A stretch of 64,000 nt of DNA from Sphyrna mokarran (GCA_024679065.1 JAGIQG010000014.1:6448001-6512000); one strand, 5' to 3'. Shown: positions 12,330 to 26,844, counted from the first letter of the stretch. Translations and numbers: made by a program. Notes: generated from the sequence alone by a model not told the origin.

Positions 12330-12402
12330 AGGCACCGCTGAAATTTGAACTCAGGATGCCCTGTTTACGAGGCAAGCGCTTTGACCAAGTAAGCAATTGC
12401 AG
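12330..12402 (-). pseudogene. tRNA-Thr-derived pseudogene, CGT at anticodon position
   Basis: Reverse complement ...TGGTCAAAGCGCTTGCCT-CGT-AAACAGGGCATCCTGAGTTCAAATTTCAGCGGTGCC then a T run; 5' acceptor strand does not pair. Confidence 0.75.
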
Positions 12403-12789
12403 TTGCCGTTGCGCCGGAAGAGCTTCGGACTGCTTGGACGTTTTCATTCATTAATGGCACTGTGAAGACATCAGTGGAATTATAAAATTGTCAGAGATTG
12501 GTTTAACGAATTGCAAAATTATTGAATATGCGATTTGTCGTTGTAAAGTGTGATCCCATCTATTCTTTGTCACTCTTTCCCATGTAATGTTAAGTAACAT
12601 CAATCAATCGATTCTGTATTGAAAAAAAACAGAAAATGATGAAAAAAATTCTCTTCGACGATCAGTAACCAATGAACTCCCATGAGATCAGTGCTGGGTC
12701 CCCAATTGTTTACAATACATGTTAATAACTCTGAGGTAGGAGGCGAATGCACCGCGTTCAAATTGATAGGTAACACATATTTCGGACAA

Positions 12790-14030
12790 AACTCCCATTG
12801 CGGGAATGATAAAAACATTTTTTAACTTAGCTATATTAATGAAGTGGGAAAACATTGGGCAAATATTTTATAACGTGGGAAAATATCAACCATATAGCCT
12901 CAAGAAAATGCTTTGACTATCTCAGTGAATTTGATAAACTTATCCAAGAGCATTTCAAAAGTCATCGTTATTATGCCTCAGGAAGACCAACTTTTTATTG
13001 TTGAGGGCCTATGTTAAGTTCATCACTAGTCCGACAGAGTGATTCAGAAAACATTTCACGAATGAAGTAAAAATGTTAAAAAACATTCCATATTAGTCAA
13101 TTCAACGCGACATGTGAATCGTGTATGACAAATTAACAATACTTTTGAACTATGTGGCCAACAACGCTGCAGTAGGGTAAAATATTTTGTGGCTACAATC
13201 CCATATTTTTTTGATTGTCTGGAGGTGATAATGTTTGGAATTTATTGCAAATTTTGTGGTTTACAGTTTGAAAGTTGGTACTGGTCAGAGCCTTGATGAT
13301 GCCATGGAGATGGGAGAAATCTATCCAGATTTAGAGGAGACTGAACTGTGAATTGTTCATCCCATGTTCAAATCTCTTTTTGACTTGAAACTGCAACGCT
13401 GCAATAAATCCAACTCTATATCTTCTATTGAAGTGTTCAAATAATATGTTTATTTTTCCGTTTCCATACATCGGTGGAATGTATTGCAATCAGTCCTGGA
13501 ACAAGCAAATTTAAAACTTTTGTCAAGAGTTTTGAATATCAGGTGGCCCGCTCGTGCATAGGTCGTTTTGACTTTGAAAATGAACTTTGTTAATATGAAA
13601 GAAGTCTTTTCAAAGAAATCAAATTAAAAAGAGAGAAAGTTGAACAAAATTTTTAGCAGAGAAATTTGAAATATATGATACTGCTGTTTTTAATGTTTCG
13701 TGGAGCCACTTGCTTCAAAAAATTAATGCCACCAGAAAACCATTGCTAAAGATTGATGCAACTTCACTGAATGTTTCAGAATTGTTCGCATCAGTTAAGA
13801 GTATTTTCATGCGTGTTCAAAATGATTACAACTCAGTGGAAGCAGAGGTACACTAACGCTAGCAAGAAAAAAAAATACATGACCTTTGGATGACGAAAAG
13901 CACGCAAGCACAGGAAGTCAGTTTTTTTGATGAAACTAGAAACAATGGCACCGTTTTCAGAATGAAAATAAAAGGTCATCATTGAGACTATCAATGTTAC
14001 TTGCGACCAAAGAATGATTAAATTGCAGAA
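12790..14030 (+). mobile_element. Fossil hAT transposase, unit 2 copy
   Basis: Collinear with 1390-2620. Confidence 0.7.
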
Positions 14031-15918
14031 TTGCAGAACCTCTGAAGAAAACTGTACACTTATCTTTGTGAATTTCGACAGATGTTGGGATGATTATACC
14101 AAAGACTACTGAAGTGAGACCGCAGTATTGAATATTCTTCTTGGCATCCTCAGATGAAGTAAGTGTGGATTTCAATTCAGCAATTACAGGCATGATTTTT
14201 GGAAGTAAAAAAAAACACGAAAGCAGTTCACCAGCAATGAACTTGCATAATATTGTGAACTGTGCTTTTCTGTCCTGTGGACGATGGAGGACGGCTCATG
14301 ACGTCAATGGAATTATGGGCATGATGTAATTGAGGCGGGGTTGGAGGCTGATGTCAAGGTGAGCAATCCTTTTTCTTCATTATGGGATGGGGACACTGCT
14401 GGTAGTAGTCATAATTCACCATTAATCCCAAATCGCCCTTAAGAGAGCAGTTAGAGTCAAGTAGGTTGCTATATATCGGGACCAGCATGCAGGCGACTGT
14501 GGGTGAGGATGACATGTTTCTTTCCCCATTGGCGTAAGTAAAACCGACAAGTATTTATAACAATTCATTCATGGTGATCACAGGAATTTTTTAAATGACG
14601 ATTTGTAATTCTACACTCTGATGACAATTCACACCCAGAACTCCACAATATACGTTTTATGTCAGATGTTACAACTGGGTTTCAATGCTTCGAAGCCAAC
14701 CATCTTTGCTGCCTCAACAAACGTCACAGAATCAAGGCACACGACAAATTCTCAGTCACACAGGTACTCGGAAGCTTCAGTCTGGTCAGGATTTTCTCAA
14801 TATTTTTAGCAAAACTGTTCTGATGAGTTGATGCAATCGCCAGAATGCCAGACAACTGATTTCATCTCAAATCTTCGGCGCCGAACTGAAGAATAGACTA
14901 CGCTTCAGTGGCGCACAAAAGACATGTTTCAAGGGAACTTTGCAAGTTATCATCTAAGACAACAAAGATTTGCTCAAATTAAATACTAGCCAAGTGATCA
15001 GGGGAGGCTTCTGCAAAATCAATTTCAATGGATGACACATCATGTCCACACGGCAAGGGACTATTTTCATCGTTTATTGATTGACTGAAATCTCAAATAG
15101 GTAAAATATATCAACGCACTCTGAAGTTTTCTTTGCAGCTCGGTTGCATTGAGATCTATCGCCAGCAGAAGCTTGCTGCCACTCGTTCAGAGTGATGCAA
15201 CGTGTCCATCAAGCTGTGTCAAGCTCTAGGTCTCAAATTCTTACTGGTACGTCAGAGGAACCATAAAGAATGTTACAAAGCCTAATCTATATTTCACGGT
15301 TAGGCAAGGGACACCCTGAAATAGTATCACTTCAAGTAATGATTCATTAGCTCATTATATTTAAGTTCAATTAACATTGATAATGATCGATTAACACGAA
15401 TGGTAAATTTGTAGTTTAGTTCCTACAACTTAGATTGTAGCAAAGACACTGGAAAGTAAGATAATTGTGACAAATAATAACAGCTATTCATTATTACTTA
15501 TCACAATGCACATCAAATGAAGTTATGGACATAGGAGTGAAATACACGTGAGCTGTACATTAGATACATGGTTTAAATAAGTGAATGATGAAGCTGACAG
15601 AATCAAAGATTGGGTCCATGGGGATGGTTCATTCTGTCTTCTGCGAGCCAGCGCAGAACACATGTGCTGTGGGATTCCTTCCTGATCACTCATGTTAATT
15701 GACGGAGCTTCATGGACTAACAAGTTTGTCGATTGGCCAACCCGGATTCCCTCCAGAGGAAAGGGATTTTTTGATTTAATTTGCTAAAGTGACTCAATTA
15801 GTGCGTAGCCTGATTTTTTCCCCTCAGGGAATGTATTACAGTACAAAAGGCGACAGTCTAGCAATCTTTCACACAACGGTGCATCGAGCGAAACATTTGC
15901 ATTCTTCGCGAAATCACC

Positions 15919-15988
15919 ATGGCCCGCCCATTAATTCTACAGATCAATGAACTTTTCTATCATGTGCTGGCAGCTTTTGGTACCCCCG
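15919..15988 (+). CDS. GPR139/GPR142-like GPCR copy 2, coding exon 1 (MARPLILQINELFYHVLAAFGTP)
   Basis: CACCATGG start context; donor CCG|GTAAGT, phase 1. Confidence 0.88.
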
Positions 15989-16049
15989 GTAAGTCAATGC
16001 ATCGTGTTGTCTCATAGTTGCGGTGTACCGGGAATGGAGCGATATAGAA

Positions 16050-16592
16050 AACGGATTTAAAATAGGCATCATGAGCCTTGGGAGTTCCCTGGGAAATGTG
16101 TAAATTGTCGATGATATTGATGTATTTGTTTTATCCTACAGGGACTTCGGTCCGCTTTGTATAACAAGGGGCATACACGAAAAGGTCCGTGAGAGGGCTG
16201 CTCTTCGATTTTTCAAAAGTAGCATTTTGCTTCGCTTTATTAGTGTACGCTTGACCTGGGCCAGTTGATGGGCAACACGACAGCTCAGTGACCATTGCTG
16301 TGCTGTGCAAATACATGGATGTCGGCCTGTGTCTCTGGGAGTTTGCGCATTCTCCCCGTGCTGGCGTGGGTTTTCTCCGGGTGCTCCGGTTTCCTGCCAC
16401 ATCCCAAAGATGTGCTCTTAGGCTGATTGGCAGAACAAATTCTCCCTCAATTGTCTCAAATTTGGTTCTAATGGATATATAAAAATAGACCGGGATAACA
16501 GGGATCATGGATAGAAGTGGGAACATCGAGGAGGCGGCGCGGGCTCGTTGGGCTGTTTCCCGAGCTGTTTTGTTTTTTGTTCTTTGTTCTTT
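16050..16592 (+). mobile_element. CR1 3' end with embedded HE1-type V-SINE (intron of copy 2)
   Basis: Degenerate SINE head GGGCAACACGACAGCTCAGTGA at 16270, V-domain, tail CGCGGGCTCGTTGGGC...(TTCTTTG)n. Confidence 0.85.
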
Positions 16593-17589
16593 GTCACTCA
16601 CTGCTCACTGACCCAGCAAACTGATTGCGAGAAGGTCATTATTGCAATGTCTTTCCTCTGCCGAGATAAATTGTTGAATATTAGTGAGCGTCTCAACGGT
16701 TGGCATGGCGTGTGAGCCGCGGTTCAGCTCAGAAGAATGTGACGCCTGAAGTTTAAATTCCCTCCCCACGTTAACGGAGATTGAGGCTGATACTCTTCCC
16801 TTCCGACAGTTCATAGATCTGTATGCGAATTATTTGCAGTGACAATCTGTATTCTTACGTCTTAAAAATGACAATACCTCCAAATTCGGCCTCTCCGGAA
16901 AGCAAAAATCACTGGAATGTATTTCAAGGAAAAAGAAAATCTGTTCAGGAGGCTGCTGCTCTCCTCAGGGTTGCAAATCAGTTCCGTTGTTTCCTTTTCT
17001 GTGCCCGACAGCTCCCTTCCACTGATGATAAACGTTAGAATCCCACCGCCTCGAATTAATTTCAATAGCTATTTTCTCATCTCACTGTTTTATTTGAAAG
17101 ACTATTATTATTTACATAATGAGTGGATATTACGGTTAGCGCTCTTGATATTGAACGCAAGCCTTGAAAGTAAACTTAAGACACTAAGTTAAATGGATTG
17201 CCCCACCGTGCCGCCGCGCTCACTTGTACAATTGGTCGGTGCATCACCTGACAGAAGCCTTGTGGTGGATGGATTGAGTTGTCAAAGCTGCAGCGCAGCA
17301 AATTACTGTAAAGAAATGAATCATTTGTTTGGTCGCATTCATTTTATTTATTTGTGTAATGTGGGCATTCATATCCTTTATTTTTCATTGTTCGCTGCTC
17401 TTCGGACGCGGGTGGTGAGTTGCCTTCCTGATTCGCTGCTTTCCAAGTTGTAAGTGTACCCACAGTGCTGGTAGAGGAACAGAGAGTTTCTAGATTTTGA
17501 CACAATAACAGTGAAAGAACAGCGATACATTTTCCACTCATTTCGTTGAGTGACTTTGTGACAACATTAAAATGTTGGTGTTCCCACAT

Positions 17590-18410
17590 ATCTGCTGCCC
17601 GTTACTTTTTAGATGATCGTGGTCGAGGCTTTGGTATAATGCTGTGTAAGTTGCGTGGTGAGTATCTGGAAATGCTGCTCACGGCCGCTATAGCGCGTTT
17701 GCCGTGGAGGTTGTTAACATTTTGTGGGCGGGTGAGCAATCCAACTGTCTGCTGCGTCCTTCATTGTCTTTAACAACTTGTGGGTCTTTGGAGCTGCCTT
17801 CGGGCAGGTAAGTGGAGAGTATTTCATCACTCCATCAACTTATAAACAGTGCACAGGATTTTGGGAGACAAGCGGTCTGTTACTCACCGCAGGATTCTAA
17901 ATTGCTGATCTGCTTCTGTGGACATTATTTATTTGCAAATGTTACCCAAATACAGTAAATGCTGAAATCTGAAATAAAGTAGGGAATGCAAGAAAAACTG
18001 ACGATTATTTTCTTCCCGACTGAAGCTGTCAGCCCTGCTGAGATTTTCTAATTTTTTTTTCATATGGCTCGCACAGTTCAGGTTGTGTTTATGGTTGATG
18101 CTAATAGATGCGGACGCAATGATGGCATCGAATGTCAAGGGCAAATGGTTAGATTATGTATTGCTGTAAGCGGTCATTTCCTGAAATTTGCGTGACGGAG
18201 CCATTCTTTCCCACTGGTCAGCCCAAATCTGGATGTTGTCCTGATCTTGCTGCATTTAGACACGGGCTGCTTCGGTATCTGCAGTCTCAAATCTGATACT
18301 TTACATTGTGTGGCCATCAATGATCATTCCCAATTCTGACCTTATATTGGAATAATATAGAAGGAGCTGAAGACGTTTGAGCCAGGACACTCACTGAGGA
18401 AATGACAAAA
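17590..18410 (-). mobile_element. Old LINE fragments in the GPCR intron (homologs ~31990-32790 and ~44990-45790)
   Basis: Homologous minus ORFs 32520..32843 and 45522..45845 read RSELGMIIDGCT...MQQDLDNIQIWADEW, an eroded FADD/RT thumb region. Confidence 0.65.
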
Positions 18411-18936
18411 TGTACAATTTATTGAGCAAATCGGCATTTCCTTCCTGAGGATTTCCCTTAGGGCACGCGGCATGAGGTTTGATTTCGACTTAGGTTGAAT
18501 GGAGTCTCAGGCCAGCTTCAGGAGTGATGCTCAATTTAATAAAATCGACATAGATGCAAGGAAGCTTATCCCAGGCCACCCGGTTTACACAAGTCTGCGA
18601 AATCATAATTGATGCCATTTAAGACTTGGGTTCTTTAGTTGTCGATGGTGCTGAGGAAAGCTTTCTATTAACATTCTGTAGACTGAATCTTGCAACCCTC
18701 CCCTCAACATGTAGAAAAGACTATACTTCAGTTACTGCACTGGGAGAACATCGCAGGTGCCTAAATATTGAGTTTATGGTGATCTATTTCAATAAATATA
18801 TCACCTCTGCTCGCTTGTACAATGGACTGAGTCCATTTCTATAACAGAGCAAAAGAGCATCCAAACATTTCACTAAAGTATACTGAGTGTAACCAAACTG
18901 TTTCCATTACTTGGTTCTTCTCCCTTGTTTTTACAG

Positions 18937-19868
18937 CGAATCTCGTGACCATCGTGATCCTCGCCAAAGGAAATTGCGGCCTTTCCAGATGTGTCTCTAT
19001 CTACATGGTGGCCATGGCCACAGCAGATTTGTTAGTGATGCTTATCAATGTAATTATGTTTAACGTTTTGAGAAAGCGTTTTCCAAATTCATTCCTCTCC
19101 TACACTGTTGTTTGCAAGTTAATGATATATATGCTTTGTAATAACCTGTATATGTCAGTATGGTTTACAGTCTCATTCACTTTTGACCGATATATTGCTA
19201 TATGTAGTCAGAAGTTTAAAACAATCTATTGCACCGCGAGAACAGCGGCTGCAGTTTTAACAACATCCTCAGTTCTTATCTATTTGCAGAATTTGTACGT
19301 TTGGTTTTCATTTGAACATAAAAGCACGATAAATGGTATTCAATGGGGTGTCGTCCCTAGGCAGGATTTTTATACTTCTCAAATTGGTGATGCAGTTGTC
19401 TTGTTACAAAGTATCTTATTGAACTGGATTCCCTTCAGTTTGATATTACTGTTTAATTTTTTGACAGTTAGAAGGATTTTGTTGTCCAGCAAAGCGCGAG
19501 CCGGCTTGCGGGGTCAAAACAGTGAGAATCAGAATGATCCAGAGATACAGAACCGAAAGAAGTCCATTATTTTATTGTTCACTATTTCTAGTAGCTTTGT
19601 ATTGTTGTGGGCGACAAGAGTCATTAGTTATCTAGCCAGTCGGATGCTTGTTTATGTCCGGTCGGATTATACATCTGCTGCATATATCGCCACCGAAACC
19701 GGAACACTGCTCATTCATTTAAGTTCATGCACGAACACGTGCATTTATGCAGCTACACAATCTAAATTCAGGGAAGAGCTAAAGAAGATGGTGAAATTTC
19801 CTTGGACCATAATTCTGATGTTGCAAAAATATGTAAAATTAAACCTAGTCTTCCTGTTCGGGCAGTAG
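18937..19868 (+). CDS. GPR139/GPR142-like GPCR copy 2, exon 2
   Basis: Acceptor TTTTACAG ends 18936; intact frame with DRY and NTCIY motifs; intron 2948 bp. Confidence 0.93.
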
Positions 19869-20144
19869 TGAAGTACATGTTTGAATGCCGGCCTTCCTGC
19901 AACAAGAATATAACGTGATTCTTTAAATAAGGGACTCTAGAAGGACTGGCCCATTCTTTGTTGTATCTTCTGATGCCTACTGCTATTCGTCAGTAAGTTT
20001 TGGTGTTTCCTTCTGTAGCGGCTTACTCCAATCAGTGTGCAATCATTGAAAACACGAATGTTACCATTCAACAGTGAAGTAAAATGGGTTCCCATCAGTC
20101 CTAATTATCGTACGCAAAGTCTTACACCGCATGTTCTCCGATAC

Positions 20145-22055
20145 ATCGCAGGTACTGCCTTGCAGCGCATCTATTGTCTAACATTGTAGGTGCTATCTTA
20201 AACTACAGGAACTGCGTTGCACCATAGCTACTGTCTACACCGCAGGTGCTGACTACACCACAGGTTCAAGATTACACAGCAGGTATTGCTCACACCACAG
20301 GGGCTATCTTATACTTTCTCCGCAGGCTCACCGTCGATACAGCCTCAAACCAGATGAACCACCTTCCAGAACTGGTGATGTATTGCATGACGGAAATCGT
20401 CCCGCAATGCAGGCACTATCTTGAATCACACTATTGCCTTACCCTGCCGTTTCTTTCCGATACCGCAGCACTACCTTACACGTCACTTGCATCGCAGGCA
20501 ATGAATACACCACAGTTTCCCCCTTAAACCAGAGTGGCTGCCTTGTACCACATACTGCCTTCCGACACAGGTACCACATTACACCGCAGGTATTACCAAA
20601 ACCGCGGACGCTGCATTACACCACAGATGTGGGCTGACACCAAAGATGCTGTTTCACCCTTGAACTACTTCCTTACACAACAGGTACAACAGGTACACCG
20701 CAGTCAACTGCTTACCCAGCAGCTAGTGCCGGAAACCGTACTACATTACATTTCAAGCACTGTCCTGCACCACCGGTTCTGCCTTACGCACAGGCGATCT
20801 ATCGCAGCACAGCTACTTCCATTCCTCTCATGTTCTTCCTTATAGAACAGATAAGTCTTGCACCGATCGTTCTGCCTTACACCGCAGATACTGCCTTTCA
20901 CCACAGTTTCCGGTTACAGCACAGTTGCTGTATAACTCCGCATCCAATGTCTCAGACCACAGGTTCTCCTTGAAAACACATTCGCTCTCTTCCAGCACAA
21001 TACTAACTTGAATCAAAGGTAGTACCTTGAACCACTGATACCGCAGTGTACAACAGTTTTGACACGGAGGCTACTTCATTGCAAATACGATACCGCCTTA
21101 CGCCAGGAATTTTATTGAACAACAGATACTGCCTTGCACTACAGCTAATGATTTGCACAACAGATATTGCAGGTTCTTATGCCACAGGTTCTGCCTTACA
21201 CTGCAGGTACTCACTGATTCTAAAGGAACTAACTCACACTGCATACGTTGCTTAAAACCGCAGTGTCTACGTAAACCATGGATACTGTCCTGAACTTCAG
21301 AAGCTGCATTACACAACAGGATTTAATCTGAAGCTACTTTCTGACACCATATGTATCACCTTTCATTGTAGGTGCTGCGTTCTACCACAAGTATTTTTTT
21401 ATTTACACTCTACTGCGGCAATGGCATGGCTTTCACCATAAGTATGCCTTCAGCGTAGTCGCTGCCTTCATTGTAAGTACTGCCTTCCACCACATGTACT
21501 ATTTCATTCTGCAGCTATTTTATACGCTTTCAAAGCGTATATTGTCTGTACTCCAGGAACTGCATTACAGAGCAGTAACGACACCAGTGATACTACCTTA
21601 CACCGCGGGGAATGACTTCATCTCAGACACTTTCTTACACAATGGTACTGTTGTCGCCAGCACAGTGTAAAAGGCGTTTCATTGAGACCTTACTCCACAG
21701 CTTTTGCCTTTCAGGACAAGTACTTCCACAGGCTGCAGTTACTTTCTTCACTGCGGGAATTGGTTTGCAGCACAGTTATTGCCTTACAGCTCAGTTGCTA
21801 TCTGCACCACAGCTGATGTCTTAAACTACAGATATTGCCTTGCATCATAAATGTTGTCTTACACTGAATCTACCTCCTTATAACATAGCCACTGCTTTAC
21901 ACCGTAGGTAATGCCCTACATTGCAAGCACAACATAGCTCGACAGCTACTGCCTTTCACCATAGATGTTCCATTATAAAGCGGTTACTGTCTTATACCTC
22001 AGCTGCTACCTTAAACCGCAAGTTTTGTGTTCTGCCACCGATACTACTTTGCACC
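20145..22055 (+). repeat. 19-bp minisatellite block A, unit 2
   Basis: Monomer order collinear with unit 1. Confidence 0.85.
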
Positions 22056-22926
22056 TCAAGGAACGTTTAATAATGCACAAGTGACGCTATTGTGCTTTAC
22101 GAAATGCAATTTAACCATGTTCTCTGCAGTAAGAAGCTGGCATTGAGCCTCCTCCTAAATGTTATTTAATTGTTCCTTTAGTCATTAAATTTCTTATTTA
22201 TTTACTTTGAATCTAGGCCTAATGCATTCTAATGGAGTTTATGGCAATTTTGGAATTGCTGGGGGCAGATTTTTGACAGGGCAAGCAGAAGAGTTTTATT
22301 TTTTCCTCGCAGGAATTCTTTCGCTTTCAGTTTCTCTTGCTGGTTTGTTTGAAATTGTTTGTACTCCAGGCTGGATGCAGTTGTTTGTCCCTACCTGGCA
22401 TTAAAAATTCTTCTCGCTAGTGGAAATAGACTTTTGTACTTTTCAGCATGAACATTTTGCTGTTGGTAGTTTATTAGTGGAGAAAAGCAGTGACACTAAA
22501 TGCACAGTGTGGGAGTCTCAGAATGCTGAAGGCAGTGTTTCATTTCTCCATCCAAAGGATTAACAACCACATGGTTTGCAGAGCTGAAATTTCATTGAGC
22601 GTTTTTATTTTCTGTGTTGAATGGAAATTAGGTGCATATGTTAATAAGTATGTTATGTTGGTACGGCACGTTATGCTCTGATGATTGCAAATCATGGGTG
22701 TTTCTGTTATTGTTTGCGATTGGTAATAGTTGCTGCTAATTTTCTTCCTGTCTGTTAACTGTATTCCGGAATTAAATTTTCTGATTAAAGCTCACTGGTC
22801 TGTCGTTTAATTCATATCTGAGGTGAAGCATCTCATGGTTATCCACACCAAATTCAAAACGCAAAACATAAGGTTTTATGACTTCATAAAACACATGAAA
22901 TTTCTGACCTGGATTTTAACCAGGCA

Positions 22927-23750
22927 AGTACTGCCTTACACCGCAGTTGTTGCGTTACAAAGACAGGTGTTGTCTTACGCACATGCACTTGCTTACATAA
23001 TAGCTTCGGCCTTACACTACTGGAGCTTTTTGACCGCGCAGGAAACGATTGCACCAAAGATATTGTATTGCGTTATAATCACATTGTGCCACTGCACGTA
23101 TTGCTTTGCACCACAGGTATACCTTCCAAATCCAAATACTGTCTTCACTGTACGACATTCTTCACAGAGCACAAACGATGTCACATAGTTGGTACTTTCT
23201 TACACCGTCGGACAATATCTCACCCCATAGATACTGCCTTCACCAGAGGAACTGCCTGCTTTTCAGTAGTGTCTTATATTGCAGGTACTGCACCATATCA
23301 GAGGTTTATGAAACTGGTGCCGCCTACTGCAGATATGTTGCCTTGCGGCGCAGATATATCTTAAACCGCAGGAAGTGTCTTACAACACATGTTCCACTTT
23401 GGACCACAGATACTGCCTTACATCACAAATGCTGCCTTGCACTTAAGTCAATACCTTCCACCACAGTTCCGCCTTGCACATCAGTTATCCTCTGAAACTG
23501 CTGGGTCAGACTTAAATTACATGCGCCTTAACTGGTTATGCCGAACACCACAGCTACTGCATTACACCACAAGTACTACCAGACACTGCGGTCTCCTCTA
23601 AAACTGTAGCAATTGTTTCTGCTTTATTCTGTAGATTAATTTACACTACAGTTGCAGTGTAACACAGAGTTAGTGCCTTGCAATACGACTGCCGCGTTCG
23701 ACTACAGGCAGCATCAGACTACAGATACTTGCACACGGCAGGTGCCACCT
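22927..23750 (+). repeat. 19-bp minisatellite block B, unit 2
   Basis: Collinear with 9412-10215 plus short extra segments. Confidence 0.85.
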
Positions 23751-24822
23751 GATGATTCTTGTGTCATAATGTCATTCCCTAATTCAATGCCAAATGTACT
23801 TAAAATGAATATAATCTTTCCGCTCTTTGTCATTTGTCTCCGATCCATCACATCATCCGATTAGTCTGCGTTCATCTATCCTGTTGTAGTTCTTCTCGTA
23901 TGCATCACCTGATCAGAATTCGTCAACATGCATGGTAGGATATCAATCCAGAAGCTGCTGAATGTCAATAGGCGCAGTTTACCCAGATGATTATTCTCTT
24001 GGTCCTGGAGATAACATTGTTTTTGCGTTACTGAACAGCTCATAATAGCTAATATAGTTTGGCAGCTGCAGCAATGAAAGGGGAAATGCAGGATAGATAC
24101 CAGTCAAACTTCTTCAACCCCTCTATTTGGAATAGTTTGCCAGAAAATAAAAGAATGTTTCCTGTTCAGTGTCCTACACAGGCTGACCTTCACTGCTGCT
24201 GTGCATGTTAAATTACTGAGCTAGACATGAAACAGTCAAGATGTAATTTCGGCGTTGTCATAAACAATTGCCCGAAAACACGCTCCATTATGTGGGCAAT
24301 ATCGCTGCAAGAAATTATTAATGTCAGGAAGAGAGTGAGTACATACGTCAAACCCAACCGGAAGACTCAGATCTTATATACATATGATGGCAAATTGAAT
24401 AAACGAAGGGCAGCAGTATTTATCCATTTGTGCGACGGGGGAGCTGTTGGCCTCGGATACAATTTACAGTTCATCTCAAATGGCCCCTGAGAGAACATTT
24501 AGCAGTCAATTAGATTTTTTTGTAGTTCGGGAAAGGAAAACAAACTGACCTGAAATATGTGTGCTAATTTCTTTCGCTTCAACAGAAACAAGAGTGCAAA
24601 TAAACAGGCATAAATCCTCAACCACCACTTTTCCTTCAGGAAGAGAAGGTCGCGCTGTCTCATCACAGTCAATTCAGCAGAGCGCTCCAATCCTGAAAGC
24701 GATTAAATGAAGGCACCCAAAGGTTTGAACATGGCGCCCTTACAGTGCAAAATGGGGCTTCCGTATTGATAAGACGCGTATGTGCGACGCACAATCTCCG
24801 TACGGCGTGATTCTGTACCCAA

Positions 24823-24848
24823 TGTTATGTGTTATGTGTTATGTGTTA
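24823..24848 (+). repeat. (TGTTATG)n short tandem repeat, not present at the homologous unit 1 site
   Basis: TGTTATGTGTTATGTGTTATGTGTTA read directly. Confidence 0.8.
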
Positions 24849-25734
24849 CTCAGTGTTATGACCCAATAACTTGCTCATTTTTTGTGGCGTCCTGAAACTG
24901 AAAGCAGCGCCCATGCACTGAGTAGCACATTGAACCCCCAGGCTAAATGTTTTATGGCCAATTTGAAGCAGCATGGCTGCCTTCACTATTTGACTAAAGG
25001 CATGACTTCCTCTTTTTATTTTCATATTGAGATCTTTGGTAATTTACCCTCTCCAGCGCTTTTCCCTCACATACAGACTGGCTTCTGGTTTTCTTAACTC
25101 TCAAGAGATGCTGTCAGGCCTGATACGATTTCTGAGCATGCTCTACAATTGCTTCAGATTGCAGCGTCTGCAATATTTTGCCCTTACTGCTCAATTTGTT
25201 CACTTGTGCTCAGCGATGGGCGCCAATAATTCAAAGCGCTTCCATAAGCATCACCATCCCAAGGCATTAATGATTCAGTCTGGTTGTTTTATGGTGGAAT
25301 ATCAGTCCAGAATTTTAGTTCGACTTCGTTAGTTTGATTTAAACTTCCAAACAGCTGTCTTTGTGTATTTTCTGGTTTTTCTTTACCGATTTAGGCTTTT
25401 GGCACTTTTTTTCTGTATTAAAAAAAACAAAGAACAAAGAAACTTGCGGCACAGAAACGCAGCTCTTCCAGCCTGCACCGACCATGCATAGATAACCCTA
25501 TAGGTTAATGCACTGATGCATCCACAATCTACTTCCAAATATCACAACTATTAACAAGGTTAATGTATTTCGAGAGGAACTGAAGATTAAGTAAGAATCT
25601 AATTCTTCAGTTACAGAGCACAATGGCAAGAAGCAGATTCCGGATATAGTGTGTGTTATTTGATTACTTGAGACTGATATTTCTTTTAGGGAAGAATACA
25701 AGACTCGTTTTCAACGTTTTAACGCAGAAGGCGT

Positions 25735-25985
25735 CCGACAAGTTCAACTCACACAAGGTTAAGTCATAAGATAAAGCTCATGGCATTCGTGTCAGTAAAC
25801 CATGGATAGTGGGTTGGCTAATGGGGAGGAAACAACGACTTGGGATAAGGGATCCCTTTTCTCTTTGGCGATCAGTAACCAATGAACTCCCATGGGGATC
25901 AGTGCTGGGGCCGCAATTGTTTACAATTCATGTTAATAACTCGGAGGTAGGAGGCGAATGCACCGCAGTCAAGTTGATAGCGAAC
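25735..25985 (+). mobile_element. Old CR1 RT fragment (homologs 39705-39955; shorter pieces ~12650-12775 and 1264-1375)
   Basis: WLMGRKQR...WRSVTNELPWGSVLGPQLFTI matches the RT motif VTSGVPQGSVLGP. Confidence 0.8.
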
Positions 25986-25989
25986 AATA

Positions 25990-26836
25990 GAACATAGAAC
26001 ATAGAACACTACAGCACAGAACAGGCCCTTCGGCCTTCGATGTTGCGCCGACCAATATAAAAAGAAATGCCCCTCCAAACTAAACCATTCCCTTCTCTTC
26101 CATATACTTATCAACTAACCTCTTAAACGCCACCAAACTTGGCGCATCTACAACTGCCGCAGGCAGGGCATTCCACTCCCTAACCACCTTCTGGGTAAAG
26201 AACCTACCTCTGATATCCGTCCTATAACTATCACCCCTTAATTTAAAGCTGTGTCCCCTCGTGCTAGCTTTTTCCATCATAGGAAAAAGGCTATCACTAT
26301 CCACCCTATCTATACCTCTAATCATCTTATATGTTTCGATTAGGTCCCCTCTTAGCCGCCTCCTTTCTAACGAAAAAAACCTCAAATCCCTCAGCCTCTC
26401 TTCATAAGACCTGCCCTCCATACCAGGCAACATCCTGGTAAACCTCCTCTGTACCCTCTCCAAAGCCTCCACATCTTTCTTATAATGTGGGGACCAGAAC
26501 TGCACACAATACTCCAAGTGCGGCTGCACTAGAGTTTTGCGGCCGCACTGCAATCATCCATGATTCAATATGATCATGGATGATCATCCACATCAATAGT
26601 TTAATCCTGCTTTCTCCCCACAACCTTTGATCCATTCGCTCCAAAAGAAACATATGACATGGTCAAGGGTATCACAGGGTAGCTGTAGGGCATTCTATGT
26701 TCTATGTTCTATTCTTTAAGAGGAGAATGAACAGCCAGAGGTTATGGGCGATATTTATAGCAATGATATAGAACATAGAACATAGAACAATTTAGCACAG
26801 AACAGGCCCTTCGGCCTTCGATGTTGTGCCGACCAA
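25990..26836 (-). mobile_element. Composite CR1 insertion: young CR1 3' piece (25990-26539) plus further CR1 3' fragments
   Basis: ORF 26080..26553 = RT C-terminus; + strand (TTCTATG)n at ~26693-26712; second - strand tail ~26768-26836; AATA at both ends; absent in other units. Confidence 0.88.
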
Positions 26837-26844
26837 AATATATC

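Larger units (their letters stand above)
11900..25095 (+). repeat. Segmental duplication unit 2
   Basis: Collinear similarity to units 1, 3 and 4; GPCR ATG lies 11,406 bp after that of copy 1. Confidence 0.9.

Noticed and set aside
12330-12402. Functional tRNA-Thr genes
   Set aside because: Acceptor stem cannot form in any copy and anticodon stems are mismatched.
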